Shown piece after piece: positions 9,307 to 17,216 of a stretch of DNA of 26,344 nucleotides. Source of the stretch: a virus (taxonomy: Duplodnaviria; Caudoviricetes); the IMG/VR virus record IMGVR_UViG_3300030231_000512, positions 1 through 26,344 of that record. One strand, given 5' to 3'. Position numbers and translations under genes: made by a program. Position 1 is the stretch's first letter. Each line of letters begins with the position of its first letter. The notes under the pieces are model-generated. The model saw nothing but the letters and a program-made list of their open reading frames with translations, searched no databases and had not been told where the DNA came from.

Positions 9307-9319
9307 TATCAAGGCCTTG
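9289..9319. repeat. 12-bp inverted repeat built from two AAGGCCTT palindromes
   Basis: caaggccttaat-agtcaat-atcaaggccttg, just downstream of the ssb stop codon. Confidence 0.8.
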
Positions 9320-9331
9320 GTAAATGTCAGA

Positions 9332-10303
9332 TTATTTTGCCTGTCTTGATCTAATCAACTTCAAGATGTCTTCTGCTCTCTTGGCACTGTCACCTGCTGG
9401 TGCCGTTGTTACCGGTGCCGCTTCAGGTTGTGGTGCTGGTGCAGATTCAGTTACCGGAGCCGCAGTTGGAGTAGCCGGTGCCGATGCTGTTGGCACTGCC
9501 ACTTGTGGTTTACTTTGGTAAGCCATTCCTGCAGGTCTAAAGTACTGTCCATACTGCTCTAGATCATATGCTTCACCTTCAACAGATTTCTCAAATAATT
9601 CTTTGATTATTTTCACTTCTGCCTCTGTTGGTTCTTTAGGTCTAAAATCACCTAAATTATGTAAGCCATGCTTCTCTATCGCCGCCCTTTCAGTTTCTTC
9701 AAGAGCTCTTTCTCTTCTTGACCATTTTGATGTTGAGTAATCAGCATAACCACCTTTGGTAGTTTTGTTAATTCTAAAGTCAACACCTTTTACATAATCA
9801 GTTGGCATTTCTTCCATCTCTGGATCCATCAATGCACTTCTAATGATGTTAAAGATCTGAGGTCCAATAATAAATCTTCTGATTGGATTCTCAGGTGTTG
9901 TGTCCTCTGCTAATGGATTTGTTGTTACAAAACCTTGGAAAATATAACTTTTCTTTTTCCAATATTTTCTACCCATGTCTTCCATGCTCTTGTCTTTGAA
10001 CCATGGTCTAACTTCTGTTAGTACTGGGCAAGTCTTGCCATACATCTCCATACAAGGTACTTGTACTTGCACTGGTCTAGAATCAGTTTGACCTTTGATA
10101 CCTGCGAAAGGTAGTTTGATCATGTTTCTTTCAGTCCAGAAAAAAGTATTGTTTGTGTCCTTATCTGGCAAGAACCTAACAACTGCTTCTGAGCCTTCTG
10201 CTATATTCCAGTGTGGGTAGATGGCGTTGTCTCCGCCTGTTGAAGTGGAGCGATTCACTTCTTGAGATTTTAACTTCGCTCTTATTTCAGCCAATGATGC
10301 CAT
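9332..10303 (-). CDS. gp32: Single-stranded DNA-binding protein (T4 gp32-like)
   Basis: AVVRFLP, CMEMYGKTCPV, YWKKKSY, GVDFRINK and YADYSTSKW; Ala/Pro-rich tail; strong SD AAGGAGG. Confidence 0.88.
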   Translation of the reverse strand: MASLAEIRAKLKSQEVNRSTSTGGDNAIYPHWNIAEGSEAVVRFLPDKDTNNTFFWTERNMIKLPFAGIKGQTDSRPVQVQVPCMEMYGKTCPVLTEVRPWFKDKSMEDMGRKYWKKKSYIFQGFVTTNPLAEDTTPENPIRRFIIGPQIFNIIRSALMDPEMEEMPTDYVKGVDFRINKTTKGGYADYSTSKWSRRERALEETERAAIEKHGLHNLGDFRPKEPTEAEVKIIKELFEKSVEGEAYDLEQYGQYFRPAGMAYQSKPQVAVPTASAPATPTAAPVTESAPAPQPEAAPVTTAPAGDSAKRAEDILKLIRSRQAK

Positions 10304-10370
10304 AATGTAAGCCTCCTTTATTGTGCCTATGTTTGTTTGTGCCTAAATGTATATTAGACATATAGTACGT

Positions 10371-10399
10371 AATATACAACTATATTTATCTAATGTCTA
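10371..10399 (-). promoter_or_regulatory. Nested promoters for ssb: TAGACA-17-TATATT with a late ATAAATA box in the spacer
   Basis: -35 at 10394-10399, -10 at 10371-10376, TAAATA at 10383-10388. Confidence 0.55.
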
Positions 10400-10405
10400 C
10401 TACTA

Positions 10406-12661
10406 TTATTGGTAAAATGCGAGATTCTTAATACGATCTATTTGACTGTCGTATGCCTGCTCTTCTTCTGAATAGAAATCTTCTAACTGCAATCCTGCAA
10501 GTTCGATGGCATCTTTCAGTGTGTATTCTTGATCTCCAACTTTGAATTTGTCGCCCGCTTTCATGCCTGCCGCTTTGGCTTTTTGCACTGCCTGTGCAAA
10601 TTGATTGCCTTCGTATTTCATTATACGAGATATTTCTCTGTGATCTTTTTCTGCATCAAACTTACCTGCGTGTGCACCGCCCTGCATCTTCTCATAGTGT
10701 TCCGCGGCTTCTTCAGGTGTTAGTCCTAGTTCATCTGCCTTTCCCATGAATTCGTCTTTGCTCATGCTCTGTGCCATGTCTGCTATCTTGTCTCCCATAC
10801 CTTCAGCAGTTGCTGGTTCTTTTTGCATTAATTCTTTTTTACGTTGTATCATTGCTTTCATAGTTTCAGGATCTTTCGCTGTGTTCGGATCCATCTGTAT
10901 GTCCTGTAATGCTTTTAATTTTGCATCTCTGTCTTCTGGATCTTTTGGCTCCTTAGCGTACTCGTCCATTTCACCGGCTCTTAATTTGTCAAAGTTTTTT
11001 CTTAGAAATTCTGTTGCTTCCTTCTCATCCTTTGATGAAAACGCTGTCTTTTCATTTCTATCTAGAACGTTGTACATCATCTTGCCGTCGTTTTCGCCTC
11101 TGCTCATTGACACATAAGGTTTAATTCCACCCTCGTCGACCATTGAGTTTACCCAACCTTCAAACGCTTCAGTTTCTTTTGCTTTGCCTTTTAGATCTTT
11201 CTTGGGTGCGAATTCACCTGGTTCCATTCTCACTTGATCTGTGTATCCTGGATCTGATTGCATTTTCTTGTAGTCGTCGATGTATCTCTTCGCTAACTGT
11301 ACAGCGATTTTTTTGTTTTTTATGTAGTCGGGTGTTGGTTTGAATGTTGCTGAATTTTCCTGTTCCATTTCATCTGCAACTCTTGAAGCGAAGTTTGCCA
11401 CCCTGTCTTCCTCGCCTGATTTAGTCAATAGTCTAGATGCTATGTCCGACAATATTGAACTAAGCATTGTGTTTTTATTTGTAAATTTTGTTACCTTCAA
11501 CATCTTGTCTGCTGAATCATCTTTCCTTAAAACCAATTTGCTGTCTGGATCATTTAGGAAACTTTGCACAACAGCACCGTGATCCACTGGCGCTTGTACA
11601 GGTGCATCAATTGGTTCAGCATCTGGCTCCAGTTCGTTTACTTGCTCTGCTTCTTTTGTCTTTTCAAATTCGGCCATTACTTTGTTTATAAGTGGAAAAG
11701 CGTCTTCGACTCTGCTATCCAAGTTTGTCATTGTAAATTTTTCTCTTAATTTGTTCACAGTCTCGTCATCTAGTATTTGTTCTTCTGATGTTTTAAAATC
11801 TTTACTTGCGTTTTCGTAATGAGATTGTTTTGCTAAGTTTCTCATGTACTCTCTTAAATTTTCTAACTTCATTTTAGTCTGTTCTATAATGTCGCCTGCA
11901 TTGTCGTTAAGTTGGTCTTTGTTAGAAACATATCTTGAGAATGAGTTTAATTTTGCTATGTCTTCTGAAGTTGAAACTATGTGTGATCCAAACTCATCAT
12001 GTGGTCTTCCGCCGTTAGCAACGTGTCTCATCATTGCTCTTGCACCTGCTAGGTGTGTTAGTGGGTACTTGAATCTTTCCCCGTCTTCATTCTCAATGTA
12101 CAATGATTGTATCTGCCTTGATCTTGCACCCGGCACAGTTTCGTCAACTTTGCCTTTGTGTCTGATTATTAATTTTGTTTTGTCTAGATTCTCGTATGAA
12201 CGTTTAGAAGTTCCTGTTAGGCCTTCGTTGACACCTGCTAATTTTGTAATTCTTGCTAGTTCTTCTGACATTTCATCAGTATTTACCGTTTTGTTCGTAT
12301 CTGCAAGATTTTCGTAATCCTGCTTCGTTAGGTTGTTTTTAGTGATATCTCTCACATCAAAACGTAGTTGGTGCTCTACAGCAAAGTCTTTTAACTCCTT
12401 AAGGAATGCATACCATTCGTCTCTACTATCTTCGTCGATTTTACTGACAAGGTCTCTGTTGTAATACACCTTCATGTTCTCGCCATCAGCAAGACTAATG
12501 CTTACTGCACCAAAAGTGTCTGAATCTTCTCGGAATTCAAATTCAAAAAACACCGCACTGCTAGGGTCCGCCGTTGCAGAGCCATTCTCATCGCCTAATC
12601 TGATATTGCTAAATTGGGATCTTATTTTATTGAATAAGTCTTGTGAATTTTTTGGGTTCAT
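10406..12661 (-). CDS. Large acidic modular protein, probable virion head/core protein
   Basis: 751 aa, late box 6 nt before the ATG, downstream of the terminase, with repeated xxLAG and xxE-G motifs. Confidence 0.6.
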   Translation of the reverse strand: MNPKNSQDLFNKIRSQFSNIRLGDENGSATADPSSAVFFEFEFREDSDTFGAVSISLADGENMKVYYNRDLVSKIDEDSRDEWYAFLKELKDFAVEHQLRFDVRDITKNNLTKQDYENLADTNKTVNTDEMSEELARITKLAGVNEGLTGTSKRSYENLDKTKLIIRHKGKVDETVPGARSRQIQSLYIENEDGERFKYPLTHLAGARAMMRHVANGGRPHDEFGSHIVSTSEDIAKLNSFSRYVSNKDQLNDNAGDIIEQTKMKLENLREYMRNLAKQSHYENASKDFKTSEEQILDDETVNKLREKFTMTNLDSRVEDAFPLINKVMAEFEKTKEAEQVNELEPDAEPIDAPVQAPVDHGAVVQSFLNDPDSKLVLRKDDSADKMLKVTKFTNKNTMLSSILSDIASRLLTKSGEEDRVANFASRVADEMEQENSATFKPTPDYIKNKKIAVQLAKRYIDDYKKMQSDPGYTDQVRMEPGEFAPKKDLKGKAKETEAFEGWVNSMVDEGGIKPYVSMSRGENDGKMMYNVLDRNEKTAFSSKDEKEATEFLRKNFDKLRAGEMDEYAKEPKDPEDRDAKLKALQDIQMDPNTAKDPETMKAMIQRKKELMQKEPATAEGMGDKIADMAQSMSKDEFMGKADELGLTPEEAAEHYEKMQGGAHAGKFDAEKDHREISRIMKYEGNQFAQAVQKAKAAGMKAGDKFKVGDQEYTLKDAIELAGLQLEDFYSEEEQAYDSQIDRIKNLAFYQ

Positions 12662-12667
12662 ATAGTG

Positions 12668-12673
12668 TATTTA
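12668..12673 (-). promoter_or_regulatory. Late promoter box TAAATA, 6 nt before ATG 12661
   Basis: TAATAAATA-cactat-ATG. Confidence 0.65.
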
Positions 12674-14266
12674 TTAACCTGTGAACGATCCAAATATAGG
12701 CATCGGTGTTATCTCACTGGTTCTATCTGTCCATTTTTCAAAGATTTTTGGATCAAAATCTGCCAATACCTTCATCATACGTGTCATTAATAAGCAGGCA
12801 CTTACGAGGTCATCGTGTTGGCCTGGCTTTGCTTTGAAGCTCATTCCCGATGCAACAAAGTCTTTCAATTCAGATATTAGAAGTTGAGAGTGTATTTTCA
12901 TTTTATCATTCTCTACAAGCTCTTTGAATTTTGTACAAGCGTCAATTTTATGTTTAGCGGTTGTGTTGAATCCTCTTCTAAACTTTCTCCTATGTCCTTT
13001 TCTTATGGGTTCAGATAGGAACATACCCATTATGTTCTCTTCACCTATGTCCATCACTCTCATCAGAGCGGCCTCACCTATCGTGTTGTTTTCCATGCTG
13101 TAGAAAATCTGTGGTGTTGCGGTAGCATCTTTTTCCATAATGGTATCGTGTATGTGTTTGTTGATGCCTTGTAGTATTCTTACCTGTTGATTCATTGGTG
13201 TTTGATTGTGATGCCACTCACCAATTTGCTCAAATGTTGGAAGTTCAAATATTTGTATAGCCGCATAATCTCCTCCAGTACCCATCGATGGATCTAGCGA
13301 CACCATGTAGGTATGCCCTGGTGTTGGACGTTTAAACCAACGTACCTGTCCTGTTGTTTCTACAGGAGCCGCGGCCTCCATGTCTGCTAGGTGGATGCTG
13401 TCTATAAGTGTTTCGTCAAAGATTAAGAATTCGCATTCGTGTTCCCTTCTGAATCTTTCGTCACCAATCCTGGCCTTTTCCGCCTCCGCCCATGCTTCAT
13501 CTCTATCTGGGTGTTCGTTCCAGTGTGCCTTCATGGCATAGAAACCGTTTGTTCCAACTATCTTGTCGTTACCGTACTCGTCGAATCTCTTGTTTGCTTC
13601 TTTCCATATCATTGCGAATTGGTCTTCGTCACTGTTTGGAGTTGAAGTAATCAAACATTTACCACCTGTACTCAATGTTGGAGACAGTGAAGTCCAAAAC
13701 TCTTTGGCCTTCTCTGGTGGTTGCACGAATGCAAACTCATCACAATATATCAATGTAAGTGACATACCCCGCCCTGTGTTCTCTGTGGTTGTGGTTGCCA
13801 TTATTTTCGAACCGTTGTCAAATTCTATGCTGTTCCTATTGTACTGCGTCACACCCGCTTTGATCCAACTAGGTAACATTTCATAGGCATAACGCACCCT
13901 TGACATGATGTCTGATGCTCCTGCATATTTGTGTGCGGCAATTAGTATCTGTGAATCAGGTTTGAACATTGCATACCATATTAGGTATCCAGACGCACAG
14001 GTTGTTTTTCCTGTCTGCCTTGGTAGCATTGATATTGAGAACCTGTGATCGTTGTATGCTTCTACTAATCTCTCTTGATACGGAAAAGGATTAAATTTCA
14101 TTTCACCTTTAGTTGGATGTTGTATCTTCATGAACTGCTTCATAAAATACAGTGGTCCTGTCTTCTGATCCATACACTTTTCAAGTTGTTCAACTTGATC
14201 TTTTGTGTATTTGTGTTTCTTGTGCGCCTTCTTAATTTGGTCGCTATCTAATGATACATACGCCAT
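12674..14266 (-). CDS. gp17: Terminase large subunit (T4 gp17-like)
   Basis: PFPYQ (Q motif), Walker A PRQTGKTT, Walker B IYCDEFAF, TSTPN, nuclease LDPSMGTGGDY and HDDLV. Confidence 0.96.
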   Translation of the reverse strand: MAYVSLDSDQIKKAHKKHKYTKDQVEQLEKCMDQKTGPLYFMKQFMKIQHPTKGEMKFNPFPYQERLVEAYNDHRFSISMLPRQTGKTTCASGYLIWYAMFKPDSQILIAAHKYAGASDIMSRVRYAYEMLPSWIKAGVTQYNRNSIEFDNGSKIMATTTTENTGRGMSLTLIYCDEFAFVQPPEKAKEFWTSLSPTLSTGGKCLITSTPNSDEDQFAMIWKEANKRFDEYGNDKIVGTNGFYAMKAHWNEHPDRDEAWAEAEKARIGDERFRREHECEFLIFDETLIDSIHLADMEAAAPVETTGQVRWFKRPTPGHTYMVSLDPSMGTGGDYAAIQIFELPTFEQIGEWHHNQTPMNQQVRILQGINKHIHDTIMEKDATATPQIFYSMENNTIGEAALMRVMDIGEENIMGMFLSEPIRKGHRRKFRRGFNTTAKHKIDACTKFKELVENDKMKIHSQLLISELKDFVASGMSFKAKPGQHDDLVSACLLMTRMMKVLADFDPKIFEKWTDRTSEITPMPIFGSFTG

Positions 14267-14273
14267 AGTGTAG

Positions 14274-14279
14274 TATTTA
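14274..14279 (-). promoter_or_regulatory. Late promoter box TAAATA, 7 nt before the terminase ATG
   Basis: TTAAATA-ctacact-ATG. Confidence 0.6.
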
Positions 14280-14305
14280 ACGCTGTGGTAAGGTGTAGAA
14301 AAGTA

Positions 14306-15202
14306 TTACTTTGCTTCTTTTTCTTCTTTGTCTTTAACGGCTTTTTTCATTGGTTCTGTCTTGTTACCGTCTTTGTCCATATCTAAAAAATCTGGCTTTG
14401 CTTTTGTTTCAGCCGCTTTCTGATATGTTTCCTTGAAACTTTCATACTGCGTTCTTAGACTGTTCGCTAATTCTTCTTCTGTAATTTTATCTTCTACGGC
14501 CATTGGATTGTCTCCAGGGTACTCTTTCTTGTATGAAATTTTTGACCTGTTTAGTCCACCTGAATGTTTATTCACTAGGCTGTCAGTGTCTTGATATGTT
14601 GGCTCTTCTTTCTCACTACCCATTGAGTTAGCAAAATTTTCTTCTGCTTTTTCTTCATCAGGAGCAGTCATCATGTCTCTCATTTTTGCCATTTGCATTG
14701 ATCCCATAGCATCGTCATCGTGGTTATGCTCTTGATCTCCACCTGGGTGTGAGTGAGTCATACCATCATGGTCATGTGACATATCATCATCATTTCCGTC
14801 TCCGCCAATCATTTTTGCATCAACTGGTTGCACACCTGCTAATTTTAAAATCTGCATCATCATTCCTGCTTCTTGTGGAGTGTCTGCAGATATTTGTATA
14901 TCTTCTTTTACAGTTTCTTTTGTATCTTCTTTTTTCATCATTTTGCCCTCTCCTGCAATACTGTCTTCATCGTCTTCAGAACCGTTGATTGCATTGTAGA
15001 ATCCTCTCAGACTCTCGCCATGTTTTTTAAGAAATTCTTCTCTAGATAATTTTTCTGCCTCACTGTGTAGGTAATCTTTCATGCCACCTTCAGTGACTTC
15101 TTTTGGATTTGTTTTTTCAACACTCTCCACAGCATCTTTGACCAATTCAGGTTTAGTTTCAGCAATCTCTTTTAATTTTTGTAGTACATCTATCATTTCC
15201 AT
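14306..15202 (-). CDS. Acidic low-complexity protein with a His-rich tract and DxDxDG motif, probable head/scaffold-associated protein
   Basis: 298 aa; ILKLAGV, HDHDGMTHSHPGGDQEHNH and FLDMDKDGNKTE; lies in the late gene cluster. Confidence 0.6.
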   Translation of the reverse strand: MEMIDVLQKLKEIAETKPELVKDAVESVEKTNPKEVTEGGMKDYLHSEAEKLSREEFLKKHGESLRGFYNAINGSEDDEDSIAGEGKMMKKEDTKETVKEDIQISADTPQEAGMMMQILKLAGVQPVDAKMIGGDGNDDDMSHDHDGMTHSHPGGDQEHNHDDDAMGSMQMAKMRDMMTAPDEEKAEENFANSMGSEKEEPTYQDTDSLVNKHSGGLNRSKISYKKEYPGDNPMAVEDKITEEELANSLRTQYESFKETYQKAAETKAKPDFLDMDKDGNKTEPMKKAVKDKEEKEAK

Positions 15203-15205
15203 AAC

Positions 15206-15820
15206 TTATTTCCTTTTTGGGTCTGGGTGTGGGTTAGTTGGTTTTGTGAAAGGACTTGGCGCTGGTTTGTCTTCTCTGTCCTGTAATTTTTTATCGTCTT
15301 TGTTTGCACTGTCTTCTTCAGCGTGTACCATGTTCTCTGATCTAGTCTTTAATAATTCTCTCATTAAACTCATGTTATACTTGTCACCTGTGTGCTCGTC
15401 TTTGTTTACTTTTGGTGAATCTTTCATTTCAACATCTTGCAATTTACTTGCAAATTCTGAAGTCTTTTCTGCTCCCATGGCATCTTGATATTCTTCAGTA
15501 GGCTCGCCTGGTTTTCTCACAACCATATGACTCATAGGAATCTTTAATAAGTCTGCTAGATATTCGTGCATTACTCTTGGTGCTTCAGGATAATTTGTAG
15601 TCACGTCAAATATTGTAACTTGCTCGTTGCTTAGGGCAGGAAAATCTAGTGGTAAACTTTGAATTGGTGTTGTTTTACCTGCTGACATCTTAGAGAGATC
15701 GAATTTTTGAAGTGCTGTTTCCAAAGCATTTTTATCAATGTCTTTAGATGCACCAGCAATCTTAATTTTGTAGTCATACGACTTAGTAGATTCTGTTAGA
15801 TAGTCCTTAAATGTGCTCAT
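15206..15820 (-). CDS. Hypothetical late protein
   Basis: MSTFKDYLTES N-terminus (an FxxYLxE leader typical of T4-like head-associated proteins); TAAATA 6 nt before ATG 15820. Confidence 0.7.
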   Translation of the reverse strand: MSTFKDYLTESTKSYDYKIKIAGASKDIDKNALETALQKFDLSKMSAGKTTPIQSLPLDFPALSNEQVTIFDVTTNYPEAPRVMHEYLADLLKIPMSHMVVRKPGEPTEEYQDAMGAEKTSEFASKLQDVEMKDSPKVNKDEHTGDKYNMSLMRELLKTRSENMVHAEEDSANKDDKKLQDREDKPAPSPFTKPTNPHPDPKRK

Positions 15821-15829
15821 ATGCAATAT

Positions 15830-16354
15830 TTAGTCTTTTTTCAGTAGTTTCTTCATTAATTCATTACGATCTGATATGACAAATCCGTCGCTTTCTTCTA
15901 TCGCTGGCCCATCTTTATTGCCTTGATCTAACTTCTGCTTTTTAAGTTGTAATTCGATCATTTTGAGCTTTTTGTCTATCTTGCCGCTTTTGGCATCTAT
16001 GGCATTTCTTAGGAAGTTACCTGCAACTTCGAATATACGTCCTGAATATCTGGAATCAACATTCATCCCCAAATCCATTAAATTCTTATAACTTTCCTCA
16101 GCCTCAACTGCCAATTTGTCTAATTCAAGGTCCGATAGTTCGCCAAGGCCTTTTACTTGCGGCAAAGCGGCCGCCACTTTGTCAAATTCAGCATAACTTT
16201 TTTGTAAGTTTTTTTGTGTCTGTGGATCTAAATTTTTAGTTGAAGGATTTCCGTTTGTCTGTTGTATTTTCCTGTTTTTTTCTTTCTTATCTACCTCTTT
16301 AAATGCTTCTTTTACATTTGGTAAATTAAGGATGTCTTCTAATTTTTTTGTCAT
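15830..16354 (-). CDS. Probable terminase small subunit (gp16-like)
   Basis: 'YKNLMDLG...GRIFEVAGNFLR...KL..LQ.KK...FVISDRNELMKKL' parallels the gp16-family 'PRAYEVAGQLIK...FVGSTxEL' pattern; close to gp17. Confidence 0.6.
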   Translation of the reverse strand: MTKKLEDILNLPNVKEAFKEVDKKEKNRKIQQTNGNPSTKNLDPQTQKNLQKSYAEFDKVAAALPQVKGLGELSDLELDKLAVEAEESYKNLMDLGMNVDSRYSGRIFEVAGNFLRNAIDAKSGKIDKKLKMIELQLKKQKLDQGNKDGPAIEESDGFVISDRNELMKKLLKKD

Positions 16355-16362
16355 CGTGCTAT

Positions 16363-16803
16363 TTACTTACGTTTGCCGTTGTGAAACAACTGTTCTTCTG
16401 ACACCACTCTAAATCTTATTTTTCTTTGTTTTGCATATGAGTTGGCCGCTTCCCATTTGGCCATATTGACCACTACTTGTTTCTTTTTCGCTAGACTTTT
16501 ACCCGCGGCGTCCATCCTGGTTTGGCTCATTGGCTTTACCTCTACCATCTCGGCATGTTTTTTTCCGTTCTTATCTTGATACACAATAAAAAAATCAGGA
16601 ACATACACTGTGTACTTTCCTGTGAACGGATGCCTATAAGGTATTTTAATACTTTCACTTGCCCACTGATACACATTAGGATGTTCATCGCAAAGTCTCA
16701 TGAAAGCGTGTTCCCAACTTGATCTATATGTTGGCGTCCTGGTGCCAACATATTTTTCTTTGTTCTTTGGCAAGAACTTTCCTCTTGCGAATCTGGGTAA
16801 CAT
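16363..16803 (-). CDS. gp4: Head completion protein (T4 gp4-like, TnsA-type PD-(D/E)xK fold)
   Basis: KNKEKYVG, YRSSWE, WASESIKIPY, YVPDF, EVKP and NMAKWEAA. Confidence 0.92.
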   Translation of the reverse strand: MLPRFARGKFLPKNKEKYVGTRTPTYRSSWEHAFMRLCDEHPNVYQWASESIKIPYRHPFTGKYTVYVPDFFIVYQDKNGKKHAEMVEVKPMSQTRMDAAGKSLAKKKQVVVNMAKWEAANSYAKQRKIRFRVVSEEQLFHNGKRK

Positions 16804-17216
16804 TAGTCTATGATGTTTCTAGATACAGTCTCTTTAGTAGCCAAAGTTTGTCTTACACCCAGCCTACTTGACTTGTATCTGTTAGCATTCAAAATTATGG
16901 TTATTAGTTCTGACAGCAAGGCCGGGTCTGCGTATGTCAATTGGTCTAGTATTTGCTGTGGTTTTATGTCGTCTATTTTTGCCTGTGATAAAATTGCATA
17001 TGCAGTCGCCTCTGCGGCTTCTCGGCCAAATCCTCTCTTGACAAAGAATGCAATAGTACTGTCATATTCGCCAACGTTGAATTGGTACTCTGTTTGGTAA
17101 TTGCCTGTTGTCAATTTAGAAATAGTGTTTTCTAAGTTGTCTTTTTGTTTTGGCGGCAAGTTAGTCAAAAAGTCACCACTGTTTGATCCTGATCCACCAC
17201 CTGAATATCCTGTCAT
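16803..17216 (-). CDS. Hypothetical protein in the tail/baseplate operon
   Basis: 137 aa, coupled by TAATG overlaps on both sides. Confidence 0.7.
   Translation of the reverse strand: MTGYSGGGSGSNSGDFLTNLPPKQKDNLENTISKLTTGNYQTEYQFNVGEYDSTIAFFVKRGFGREAAEATAYAILSQAKIDDIKPQQILDQLTYADPALLSELITIILNANRYKSSRLGVRQTLATKETVSRNIID

Noticed and set aside
8108-14266. Intein or intron in uvsX or the terminase
   Set aside because: Both ORFs are continuous, of normal length, and lack splicing motifs.
17175-17216. Gly/Ser linker-like N-terminus (GYSGGGSGSNSG) as a sign of fusion or readthrough with the upstream gene
   Set aside because: The junction is an ordinary TAATG coupling with no clear slippery site, so evidence is insufficient.
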